IMG/VR virus record: IMGVR_UViG_3300033076_001341
Coordinates: 32,001-96,000 of that record
Source: a virus
Taxonomy: Duplodnaviria > Caudoviricetes
Length of the DNA stretch: 64,000 bases
Direction: 5' to 3' (one strand)
The notes under the pieces: model-generated
What the model saw: the letters and a program-made list of their open reading frames with translations, nothing else
The model's database searches: none
What the model was told of the DNA's origin: nothing
Program-made: the position numbers and the translations under genes
Shown: positions 56,174-64,000 of the stretch, piece after piece
How positions within the stretch are numbered: position 1 is the first letter of the stretch
How the letters are laid out: each line of letters begins with the position of its first letter

Positions 56174-56655
56174 AGTCGTATGATTAGTTCTTCTAACGTA
56201 ATTGGTTTGTATGCCACTCGTTCGCAGGAGACGCACCAGTAATTGGGTTCCCCTACTTCTTTGTCATGAATGTGACCATGGATGTTACCCCGCACATCCC
56301 GGTAGGTAAGCTCCGTAGGGTGTACCGGACAGTGAGTCAGGAAGAATCCTTTGTAATGAACCATGCCGCCGACGCTTTCCACGTGATTTAGCAACTCCCG
56401 GGTATGCTGCCGGCGATCATGATTACCTAGTACGACGTGCTTGATCCCGTTGAGACGATCCAGCAGTTTATAGGGTTCTTTCTTTTCCATGGTGACGTCA
56501 CCCAGGATATAGGTAACGTCTCGTTTGTCCACGATTTTGTTCCATTCCTGGATGAGGTGCTCATCGTGTGCTTCGACTGAATCGAAACCACGACGCTTTG
56601 CCATGTTCTGGTGACCAAGATGCAGGTCAGCGATAAAACGTACAACGCCTGCCAT
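56170..56655 (-). CDS. Calcineurin-like metallophosphoesterase
   Basis: DLHLGH, GD, GNHD, THCP, HGHIH. Confidence 0.85.
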   Translation of the reverse strand: MAGVVRFIADLHLGHQNMAKRRGFDSVEAHDEHLIQEWNKIVDKRDVTYILGDVTMEKKEPYKLLDRLNGIKHVVLGNHDRRQHTRELLNHVESVGGMVHYKGFFLTHCPVHPTELTYRDVRGNIHGHIHDKEVGEPNYWCVSCERVAYKPITLEELIIRL

Positions 56656-56879
56656 TACTCCGATGCGATGTCAAATTGGTCACCAATACCACGAAGGGAT
56701 TTTCCCAGTTGTTTAGCAAGATTTCTCAATGCATTAGGTTTCAGGGATGCTAACCATTCGTCTTGTTTTGCTTCCGTGCAATCTTCAAAGCACGTGGGTT
56801 GTCTTTTTTCTTCACCTTCGAACTGTTCAAAGATGTAGATACCGGACAGGTTTCTGCGTTTAGGTTCTGGATTCGTCAT
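56655..56879 (-). CDS. Hypothetical protein
   Basis: 74-aa ORF, coupled. Confidence 0.55.
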   Translation of the reverse strand: MTNPEPKRRNLSGIYIFEQFEGEEKRQPTCFEDCTEAKQDEWLASLKPNALRNLAKQLGKSLRGIGDQFDIASE

Positions 56880-57183
56880 GGAATGTGTTCATTACAAGCT
56901 CCCTTTTGAGCTTTTGGTTTTCTTTTGATAGTTCTTCAATTCGGTCAATAGGTCCGTCTGGTCCTACACCGCACCACAAAGAGAGCAATACGATTTGGTC
57001 TTTCTCTCCTCCTTTTTCCCAGTATACACTGGCAAGTTTGGTTATGCGGGGACTGTTGGTTTCAGCAACTTCTTTCAAGAAATTGATCTGACCGTTCAGG
57101 ATCTGCAGCATGTTCTCATTGAACGTTTGAGGACGGCGGTAAACCGTCCACGCCCACTTGATTGCGTTAAGGACTCGTTTCAT
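56860..57183 (-). CDS. Hypothetical protein
   Basis: About 107-aa ORF, coupled. Confidence 0.55.
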   Translation of the reverse strand: MKRVLNAIKWAWTVYRRPQTFNENMLQILNGQINFLKEVAETNSPRITKLASVYWEKGGEKDQIVLLSLWCGVGPDGPIDRIEELSKENQKLKRELVMNTFHDESRT

Positions 57184-57907
57184 ACTGTTCACGTTTGATT
57201 TCTCCCACAGAGGTTACACCGTCTTCATAGATCAGGAACTGACCATGCTTGTTGTGTAATTTGTCGATGAAGTGATAGCGACCGTTGGTCAACTCATGCT
57301 CAATGATGTCAATCTTTACCGCTGTATGACCAACAACCTGTACTAAACTGGGTTCCAGTGAATCACGGTTGACAGCAATCAAACTTGCTGGTCTGATCCA
57401 TACAGGAGTCTGGTACGTGTTGTCACCATAGGGGTTTGTACCGTTGTGATCAAAGAACGTTTTGTTTTCTTCATACAGCTCATTGACAATGTCTGCAATC
57501 TTGAGAGTGTCAACCTCTTTAAACCCCATCATGCTCAACCACTCGACGCTCACACCGGCATGCGTGCACAAGAATCCTTCGAACTGGTAAGCCATTTGCA
57601 GATGCTGCTTGTTGCTGTCCAGTTGGTGTCGGATCTCCAGGGCATGCTTGGATTGATATCCGCTGTACTGAGCGGGAAACCCGGGCATGTAGTGGATGTC
57701 GTGGTTACCGATCAGCATGATGACTTCACACTGTCCGGACTCTTTAAAAGCGATGATGTCTTTAAAGTTTGCAAGCTGCACGGCAGCAGAGAGGTCAAAA
57801 GAATCAAAGTAGTCACCGATAAAGATGACTCGGTCGGGTTGTTCCTGTGAGACGATATCTTTCCAGATATCACGACCATGTATGTCTCCGATAAAAATTG
57901 TTTTCAT
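57167..57907 (-). CDS. Calcineurin-like metallophosphoesterase
   Basis: GDIHG, GDYFD, GNHD, THAG, VGHT. Confidence 0.85.
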   Translation of the reverse strand: MKTIFIGDIHGRDIWKDIVSQEQPDRVIFIGDYFDSFDLSAAVQLANFKDIIAFKESGQCEVIMLIGNHDIHYMPGFPAQYSGYQSKHALEIRHQLDSNKQHLQMAYQFEGFLCTHAGVSVEWLSMMGFKEVDTLKIADIVNELYEENKTFFDHNGTNPYGDNTYQTPVWIRPASLIAVNRDSLEPSLVQVVGHTAVKIDIIEHELTNGRYHFIDKLHNKHGQFLIYEDGVTSVGEIKREQYETSP

Positions 57908-58782
57908 TAAAATATGTAGCGGATTTTGCACCACGGGATGCTGAATTCCAATAGATTTTTAAACATGTTAATGTAGGATGCTTTAAGACCAGCTTTGTAG
58001 CGCAGGTTCTTGCCTCCGTACTCGCTTGTCTTACTCTCCTGGATGTCCGGACGCCATAGCAAGTATTCACCAGGTAAATCATGCTTGACATTGTACTCGT
58101 GTTTCTCCCGGTTATGCGTTAGAAAGATTACCTCCGCTTTTACAAACCGTTTGTATTCCTCTTTCACTTTCCAGTCTATTTCCTGGAACAGTTTGGTATA
58201 GAGGTCCAACCAGTTGCTGGAGACGATGACCGGAGAGAAATTGATGTGCACGTCGTATCCTGCTTCAATGAAATCATTGATCGCAGCAATCCGCTCAGAG
58301 ATAAGACTGGTGTTTGGTTCCAGAATGGTACTGAAATACTGAGGCATCAGAGAAAAACGAATACGTACTTTTTTGTTCGGATTGTAGGAAAGCAAATCAC
58401 GGTTCACATACTTGGTAGCAAATGATCCGACCGCATGGGCGTGACCATTGAAGAACTCAAAGATCTCTTCCCACTTGTGATACTTGGCATGAAGCGCAAA
58501 GTCTTCATTACACGAGATGTCATAGGTAATGAACTCATCGTGTGTTTGATTGGGTTTGTCCACTACTGCAAAGTGGGCATGGTTGTTAATCATCGTCAGG
58601 ATCTCCCAGTGGTTCTTAGCAATGCTGAGACCTTCCGGGAGATGACGTTTCATGTAGCAGTAAGTACAATTGTACAGGCACCCATATCCGAAGCTGGGTG
58701 CGATAAAGTCCGTTGACCGCCCGCTTGGACGGATCAACATGGACTTGCGTACAACGTTCTCGATAAGGGGTTTTGTGTGCAT
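57907..58782 (-). CDS. Spore photoproduct lyase-like radical SAM protein
   Basis: PSFGYGCLYNCTYCY (CxxxCxxC), FATKYVN, RIRFSLMP, LEPNTS..ERIAAIN...AGYDVHINFSPVI, characteristic of the SplB family. Confidence 0.75.
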   Translation of the reverse strand: MHTKPLIENVVRKSMLIRPSGRSTDFIAPSFGYGCLYNCTYCYMKRHLPEGLSIAKNHWEILTMINNHAHFAVVDKPNQTHDEFITYDISCNEDFALHAKYHKWEEIFEFFNGHAHAVGSFATKYVNRDLLSYNPNKKVRIRFSLMPQYFSTILEPNTSLISERIAAINDFIEAGYDVHINFSPVIVSSNWLDLYTKLFQEIDWKVKEEYKRFVKAEVIFLTHNREKHEYNVKHDLPGEYLLWRPDIQESKTSEYGGKNLRYKAGLKASYINMFKNLLEFSIPWCKIRYIF

Positions 58783-59021
58783 TAACGAATGTTTCTGACC
58801 ACTGAAATCTTCGTGCTACTGAATGGGTAGTACGAGAGTGCATAGATCTGTTTAGTAATGGTGTCTTCTACCATAATCTCGTAACCCTGGTTAGCTAAAA
58901 TGCTGGTAGAAGGTGTTACGATTGAATTGGGATACTTTTTCTGAGCATCGGCAAGTCTGTCGAAGTCTGATACGCATGATGTCGTTCCGATCACCAATAG
59001 CGCGATTAATAATTTTTTCAT
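58782..59021 (-). CDS. Small lipoprotein
   Basis: MKKLLIALLVIGTTS|C lipobox. Confidence 0.65.
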   Translation of the reverse strand: MKKLLIALLVIGTTSCVSDFDRLADAQKKYPNSIVTPSTSILANQGYEIMVEDTITKQIYALSYYPFSSTKISVVRNIR

Positions 59022-59506
59022 AGGTTTTGTTCTGAATCAATTTTACGTCCTACGTTGCGCAGGAATTCACTGTGGGGAAACCAAGCTTTTGCAAGTTCTT
59101 GCTTTGAAAATTTAGGATCGTCAAAACTGCACATGCGGTTCGCTTTAGGAACAAGCGCTCTACACTGTGCAGGACGGGTAATCCAATCGAGTTGACAACC
59201 GGTGTCTCCAAGAAATACACATTGTCCACCCCAGCTAAAATCAAATACTTGGTTTCTTGCTTTAATAGTTTGCGGACGCAGGTAAAACACTTGAGTTATG
59301 TCACGACCATCATTAAACGGGTTGTTTTCCCAACAGTCAATAGCGTAACCTCCTTCGGAGATTAGATGTGTCAAAAATTCTTCGCTCATCTCAATGTCAT
59401 CGGGATGCACGATACCTGGCATTTTCTTGCAGCATTGACCCCCGCAGGGACCGCAGATGTCAGGATTTTGATTGTCAATGATAAAGGGTTTGCTAAGAAT
59501 GTTCAT
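59018..59506 (-). CDS. YkgJ-like CxxCxxCC Cys-cluster protein
   Basis: CGPCGGQCC...CVFL...C...RPAQCR. Confidence 0.7.
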   Translation of the reverse strand: MNILSKPFIIDNQNPDICGPCGGQCCKKMPGIVHPDDIEMSEEFLTHLISEGGYAIDCWENNPFNDGRDITQVFYLRPQTIKARNQVFDFSWGGQCVFLGDTGCQLDWITRPAQCRALVPKANRMCSFDDPKFSKQELAKAWFPHSEFLRNVGRKIDSEQNL

Positions 59507-60585
59507 TAGTTACTAAGAGGCGCTTTGATAGCAGGGTGTGAACTGTAGTTTAACAAGTCGAAGTCGTTCAGTTCGTGATGAGCAATGTCATCCAGCGGAC
59601 CTGAAGAGATACGGATCTGAGGTAAGTCGTACGACTCTCTGTAGATCTGCATCTTGGCTTGCTCAAGGTGGTTCAAATAGAGGTGTGTATCACCAAGGTT
59701 TCCGATGAGTTCATCTGGAATCATGTTAACATGCTTGGCGATGATCTCCAGGAGAAGACCGTACGATGCAATGTTAAACGGGAGACCGAGAAACGTGTCG
59801 ACACTGCGCTGATTCCACATTAGAGAAATTGCTCGAGTAGGGATGTGTAATTCATCATAATATTTATCAGACTTAATATCATCAGTACCCACTGGATATT
59901 TTGTATAATAAATATCAGTTCTTTCACCCCAACTCAACTCCCTGGTGTACAACTGAAACCCGTAGTGACACGGTGGTAGCACCATGTTCTGGATCTCTCC
60001 TACATTCCAGGCAGATACCATCAACCTTCTTGAGTCTGGGTTTGTTTTAAGGTCGTTGATTAGGTTTTGAATTTGGTCCAAATAGATTGGCTGATCATCA
60101 TCAGTTAAATCTTGTAAACCACCCCACTGTCTCCACTGCTTACCATAAATTGGTCCTAATTCACCCCACTTCTTAGCAAACTCATCATCGGTTTTGATTT
60201 TGTCAATGAATTCTTCTATTGTAAATGGTTCAGTTAATGTTCTATTTTTCTTAGAATTCTCTAATAATTTGGTTTTACCAACATATTCACCTTTATTATA
60301 TCTTTTAATATAGGCTTGGTAAGCATCACCATTCCAGATGTTGCAGTTGTTGTCAACCAGGAACTTGATGTTGGTGTCACCACGCAGGAACCAAATGAGT
60401 TCCGTAACGATTTGTTTCCACGCCATCTTCTTGGTAGTCAGCAACGGGAACCCCTCCCGCATGTTGTGGCGGATTTGCCGACCAAATACAGATTTTGTTC
60501 CTGTACCGGTGCGGTCCTGCTTGGTCACCCCGTTATCAAGGATATCCTGTAGCAAGTTCTGGTAGTCTTTATCTAGTTTGTTCAT
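59506..60585 (-). CDS. thyA: Thymidylate synthase
   Basis: DRTGTGT, FPLLTTKK, GPIYGKQWR, PDSRR, LPPCH, QRSVDTFLGLPFNIASY, HLYLNH. Confidence 0.95.
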   Translation of the reverse strand: MNKLDKDYQNLLQDILDNGVTKQDRTGTGTKSVFGRQIRHNMREGFPLLTTKKMAWKQIVTELIWFLRGDTNIKFLVDNNCNIWNGDAYQAYIKRYNKGEYVGKTKLLENSKKNRTLTEPFTIEEFIDKIKTDDEFAKKWGELGPIYGKQWRQWGGLQDLTDDDQPIYLDQIQNLINDLKTNPDSRRLMVSAWNVGEIQNMVLPPCHYGFQLYTRELSWGERTDIYYTKYPVGTDDIKSDKYYDELHIPTRAISLMWNQRSVDTFLGLPFNIASYGLLLEIIAKHVNMIPDELIGNLGDTHLYLNHLEQAKMQIYRESYDLPQIRISSGPLDDIAHHELNDFDLLNYSSHPAIKAPLSN

Positions 60586-61220
60586 TAGTGTCCGTAGTAG
60601 ATTAGTACGTTGTTCTCGAAATCAAAGTTTCGGTAGAGACTGACCATCTGAAAGATCGAGTGTTCAAACTTCCAGCTGCTGATCATTTCGCTTTCGGGAT
60701 CTAGTGAGTAAGGACGTTGTTCGTTACCACCCCATCCTCCGATACCCCACTCACCTGCTATGTCTTGAACATGTTTAAATATTTCAAAGAGTGCACCGTT
60801 GCTTGTGTCATCGGGTACCAGCTCATTTAAGAAGTCTGCTTTGTACTCACCGCTTGGATTCTTAAATGGTTCCAGCAGGGCTGTGTAGTAAGACCGGACC
60901 TTTTCGGAGTAGTACTCAATCAGTTCCGCTAGAAACTCTTTCTCTACTTTGACAAACTCGCAGTCACTATTGTGAAACATCTCATTCAGTTCTGGATCAG
61001 AAAAGGCAGGAGTAAAAAACTTCTCGTCAAAAGAGTCAACGTATTTACCAAGTTCCAGCAGATCGTCTTTAATTACAGAACGAAATGATAAATAATCACG
61101 TTCTTCCGGATCTTCATGGTAAGTGTGCCCTTTGTGTTTGTAAAACTCTTCTAGAGTCATGTCTTTGATAGTCTCGTAGTCCGCCTTCGGCAGTGTTCCG
61201 AGGTAATTTCTGTAACCCAT
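60585..61220 (-). CDS. Hypothetical protein
   Basis: 211-aa ORF, coupled. Confidence 0.65.
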   Translation of the reverse strand: MGYRNYLGTLPKADYETIKDMTLEEFYKHKGHTYHEDPEERDYLSFRSVIKDDLLELGKYVDSFDEKFFTPAFSDPELNEMFHNSDCEFVKVEKEFLAELIEYYSEKVRSYYTALLEPFKNPSGEYKADFLNELVPDDTSNGALFEIFKHVQDIAGEWGIGGWGGNEQRPYSLDPESEMISSWKFEHSIFQMVSLYRNFDFENNVLIYYGH

Positions 61221-61429
61221 TATGTTGTTTCCTTGATTGTGTGAATAGATACAGCGTCAAAATTGTTACGGATGTACAACTTTGCCTGCTTGAGGTGATC
61301 GTCTGTATGATGTTGTTCTCTGAACAACTCATAGTGTGCACCTTGAGGTCCGGTGAGGAAGCTGCGGTAGAAGAAATCTTCATGTTCTGGACCTGTTACT
61401 CCTTCGGGTCTGAATTCTTTAAGAGTCAT
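61220..61429 (-). CDS. Hypothetical protein
   Basis: 69-aa ORF, coupled. Confidence 0.55.
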   Translation of the reverse strand: MTLKEFRPEGVTGPEHEDFFYRSFLTGPQGAHYELFREQHHTDDHLKQAKLYIRNNFDAVSIHTIKETT

Positions 61430-61444
61430 AGTGTTAAAATTTAG

Positions 61445-61488
61445 AACTGGTGCAGGGAGTCGAACCCTGCACGTGTACCATACCAGTT
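61445..61488 (-). ncRNA. Minimal tRNA-like element (acceptor-like stem plus T-arm)
   Basis: Minus strand: AACTGGT-ATGGTACACGT-GCAGGG-TTCGACT-CCCTGC-ACCAGTT. Confidence 0.5.
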
Positions 61489-62050
61489 ATTTTGATTTAA
61501 GATAATTGCGCAATACGCGGGAAAAGCGTCCTTCAGTGGAGCCGGTTTGACCGTCAACGGTACCTGCAAACCCGGGGTGATCTTCCAGGATTACATTCTC
61601 AATGAGTTTACCGTCCCGGTTGACAACATTGCCGTCGCGCTTGACCAGTTTAATGACTGTCTGAGAGTTGTCTTTGGTTTCAATGTGAATCATTACACCT
61701 TCTGTCTTGGGAATGTCTTTCCAATCCTGAGGAACAGATGGTGTACGGGTTTCACGCAACCATACTTCGGTGATCCAACTGAACACGAGAATCTCTTTGA
61801 ACCCATCGCTTTCCATGGAACCAAAAACAGTTGGAAACAACTTGGTTGCCAGCGCTTCTTTTGTTTCATCACTTTGCAGGAACTGTCCGGGAACAGGAAT
61901 AAATCCTACTTCCAGTTTGTCTGTGACTTTGTCATGTAGTAAAACAGCACCCAGAGGGGGTAATTGTCCCTCGTCTGTCATTACTTTGGTGATCAGTCTA
62001 AGCTGATCTTCTTTGAATTCGTTTAGAATTTCAGGGGTTAACTGTTTCAT
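61487..62050 (-). CDS. Hypothetical protein
   Basis: 187-aa ORF. Confidence 0.65.
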   Translation of the reverse strand: MKQLTPEILNEFKEDQLRLITKVMTDEGQLPPLGAVLLHDKVTDKLEVGFIPVPGQFLQSDETKEALATKLFPTVFGSMESDGFKEILVFSWITEVWLRETRTPSVPQDWKDIPKTEGVMIHIETKDNSQTVIKLVKRDGNVVNRDGKLIENVILEDHPGFAGTVDGQTGSTEGRFSRVLRNYLKSK

Positions 62051-62544
62051 TTGATTGATTTAATCAGATTGAGGTAGTCTTTGGACTCCGCGTACTTACC
62101 ATCAATGTTTTTGAGATAGCGATTCTGAATGCGGATGTAGTCGCGCAGACAATCGCGGTAGGTAGTGTATGCACAGTGTCCGTTTTTAACACCGATGACA
62201 TACTCTGAACGCGATGTGCGAATGCCGGCAATGTTCTTGTTCTCCTTGCAGATCTTGCTGGTGAAATGACCAGTCTCAATCTTCATTTGAGCAAGAGCAA
62301 CATTGGGTAGCACACAACCCAGGGTGACAAGTTCATGCGTAATAGCACTGTCGGTAAGAGGAAGATCATCTACCAACTCTTTTACCACAACTTGTTTGTA
62401 ATGATGAACAACGTTTGCTTCCTGGAAAACAAACAGTACAACCAGTACTACATTGAGTAGCACCGATAAAATCAATACTGAAGTGAAATCCCTTCCGGAT
62501 CTCACGCAGAGGTCTTTGTCGATGACAGTGATCTTCTTTACCAT
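62047..62544 (-). CDS. Membrane-anchored glucosaminidase/muramidase-like protein (GH73/FlgJ-like)
   Basis: TM segment then ALAQMKIETGHF...NIAGI...YxTYRDCLRDY...YAE. Confidence 0.6.
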   Translation of the reverse strand: MVKKITVIDKDLCVRSGRDFTSVLILSVLLNVVLVVLFVFQEANVVHHYKQVVVKELVDDLPLTDSAITHELVTLGCVLPNVALAQMKIETGHFTSKICKENKNIAGIRTSRSEYVIGVKNGHCAYTTYRDCLRDYIRIQNRYLKNIDGKYAESKDYLNLIKSIK

Positions 62545-62569
62545 AGTTTTTGAACGGTTACGTTTAAAT

Positions 62570-62596
62570 AAACCCCGGTTTGACCCCCGGGGTTAA
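62570..62596 (-). terminator. Intrinsic terminator
   Basis: AACCCCGG/CCGGGGTT stem downstream of the VWA gene. Confidence 0.55.
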
Positions 62597-62600
62597 AGGG

Positions 62601-64000
62601 TTAGTGAATGGTGACGTGTTCTTTGATGGTCTTGTTCACACGCACGCGCAGGAAATTGACCAGGTCGTTTGGAAACGTCTTCATGTCTTTCATGTTCACG
62701 AAGTGCTTGAACATCCGGTGAGACGCTACTGAATCGATAGCGACCTGGATGACCTGCATACCAAGTGCTTCTGCTTTAAGTACCATCTTGCGGGTGTGTT
62801 CAATACCCACGTTGCCGCCGTAGCCTTGTGCTGCCGGCTGACCATCACTGATCACGATAAACACCACAGCGTTCTGGGTAAACTTGCGAATGCGTTTGGC
62901 AACTTCAATGATCGCCTGACCATCGCGGTTGTTCGAGCGTGCTCGCACTTCGCCCAGGGAGTGCTTGTTAGCAAATCCGGGTTCGCGGTAGATTGCTATC
63001 TCACACGTCCCGTAACCTTTATCATCATCAGCGGTGTGACCGTAGATGTACAACTCCACGTCCGGTTGTTTACCGAATGCTTCGTTGAGGAAAATGGCTG
63101 CCTGGCGTGCTTTGTCAATCTTGGTCCCACTCATCGAACCGGATTCATCGATTAGGATGCAGACGGCAAGCTTGTCGGTCTTCACCTCACCCATACGCTC
63201 ATAGACCGTTGGGACATGCTGTCTTGCTTCTACTAGTTTATTGGTATCGAGTCGACCTGAACGCATGCCGCGTACCGAGAACTTGAAGTCCCTGGACTTG
63301 CGCTTCAGCAGGTTGGCAACCGTGTTCGCTTTGGCGCGGTCGATACTGCCCAATACCCTTTCATAGACTGAACGATTGTTTTCCTGCTTGATCCAGTGTA
63401 CTTTCTCCGGAGAGCAGCCTTCTTCGCTTTTGATGACGCGACCGTTTTCTTCCATCTCATCGGTGAGCGACTTCATGATCGCATCTGATCCGGCGGATTC
63501 AGATTCGGATTCACTGAGCATGTTCTCTGCGTAGGACTTTGCCATCTCTGACAATGATTCCTCCGATCCCGGAGGTGGAGGTGTACCTTCGCCTTCACCA
63601 CCACCGCCGCCACCACCGCCTGGTGGTTCCTCTTCTGGAGGAGGAAGCATATTGATGATGTAATTGGCGATGCGATTGCTCAGCAATTGAGTGTCTCTGT
63701 AGGTCTCCGGAATTCCCCCGTAGTAGTCCATCATCTCACGCATTTCTTCTACGTGTGGTGCGAACTTGTCGAGTTCTTCCTGCTCTACAGTACCCGGGTG
63801 CTGGATCATGCGCATGGTCAGATCCATGAACTCTTCCGCTTCGTTTTTGAAGTCCGTTTTCTTTTCGAACTTGGTCTCGAACTTGTATTCCTTGTACTTG
63901 GAAATGAAGCGTGAGTAACCGGGGAACTTCTCGGCTACCTTGCGGTCGGTGCGCTCGTCGTGCAGGATGGTTTCAAACATCGCTGATACGCGCTCCGTAG
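62601..64000 (-). CDS. VWA (MIDAS) domain protein, CobT/MoxR-partner-like; 5' end lies outside the window
   Basis: ILIDESGSM MIDAS, SGRLD, ISDGQP; Pro/Gly/acidic linker; frame open to the window end. Confidence 0.8.
   Translation of the reverse strand, partial: TERVSAMFETILHDERTDRKVAEKFPGYSRFISKYKEYKFETKFEKKTDFKNEAEEFMDLTMRMIQHPGTVEQEELDKFAPHVEEMREMMDYYGGIPETYRDTQLLSNRIANYIINMLPPPEEEPPGGGGGGGGEGEGTPPPPGSEESLSEMAKSYAENMLSESESESAGSDAIMKSLTDEMEENGRVIKSEEGCSPEKVHWIKQENNRSVYERVLGSIDRAKANTVANLLKRKSRDFKFSVRGMRSGRLDTNKLVEARQHVPTVYERMGEVKTDKLAVCILIDESGSMSGTKIDKARQAAIFLNEAFGKQPDVELYIYGHTADDDKGYGTCEIAIYREPGFANKHSLGEVRARSNNRDGQAIIEVAKRIRKFTQNAVVFIVISDGQPAAQGYGGNVGIEHTRKMVLKAEALGMQVIQVAIDSVASHRMFKHFVNMKDMKTFPNDLVNFLRVRVNKTIKEHVTIH

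Noticed and set aside
38457-60585. Introns or inteins in PolB, helicases or thyA
   Set aside because: Proteins are of normal size with contiguous motifs; no intein termini or embedded homing endonuclease recognised
61440-61520. Full tRNA gene or second att site
   Set aside because: Too short, no anticodon or D arm; it folds on itself and is far from the integrase
63575-63645. CCA/CCG-rich repeat as a DNA-level element
   Set aside because: Simply encodes the poly-Pro/poly-Gly linker of the VWA protein
1-64000. Stop-codon reassignment as in some crAss-like phages
   Set aside because: Giant ORFs and all enzymes are intact under the standard code; TAG acts as a plausible stop at 605, 35179 and for the integrase
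1-64000. CRISPR array, diversity-generating retroelement or retron
   Set aside because: No regularly spaced repeat-spacer array, no reverse transcriptase motifs and no template/variable repeat pair seen by eye; the RNase H is not linked to an RT

Overview
The whole window is phage DNA (standard genetic code, dense coding) from a crAss-like (Crassvirales-related) virus, most likely of a Bacteroidota host, given its TAnnTTTG promoter boxes and Bacteroidota-style integrase. The + strand (1-36.7 kb) carries giant virion/ejection proteins. The first is a 3927-aa protein with crAss-type RNA polymerase motifs, two HExxH zincin motifs and a complete C-terminal RNase H domain. The second is a 2251-aa protein with a PD-(D/E)xK nuclease. 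These are followed by a mosaic tail-fibre cluster and a lysis cassette (holin, YkuD-like lysin, u-spanin-like lipoprotein). The - strand (33.6-34.7 kb and 36.7-64 kb) carries replication and nucleotide genes (PolB, primase, DnaB-like and SF2 helicases, SSB, Sak4-like ATPase, exonuclease, RusA-like, UNG, dNMP kinase, ThyA, spore photoproduct lyase-like radical SAM) and many small early genes. A tyrosine integrase sits beside an attP-like 3' half of initiator tRNA-Met with a terminator and arm-like repeats, which indicates a temperate lifestyle. Non-coding highlights are a recurring TCTACA box network at promoters (candidate binder: a stand-alone DnaA domain IV protein), a TATATTATATATAG-plus-hairpin motif before late modules, and a minimal tRNA-like element. 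All calls come from reading motifs by eye; no database searches were run.
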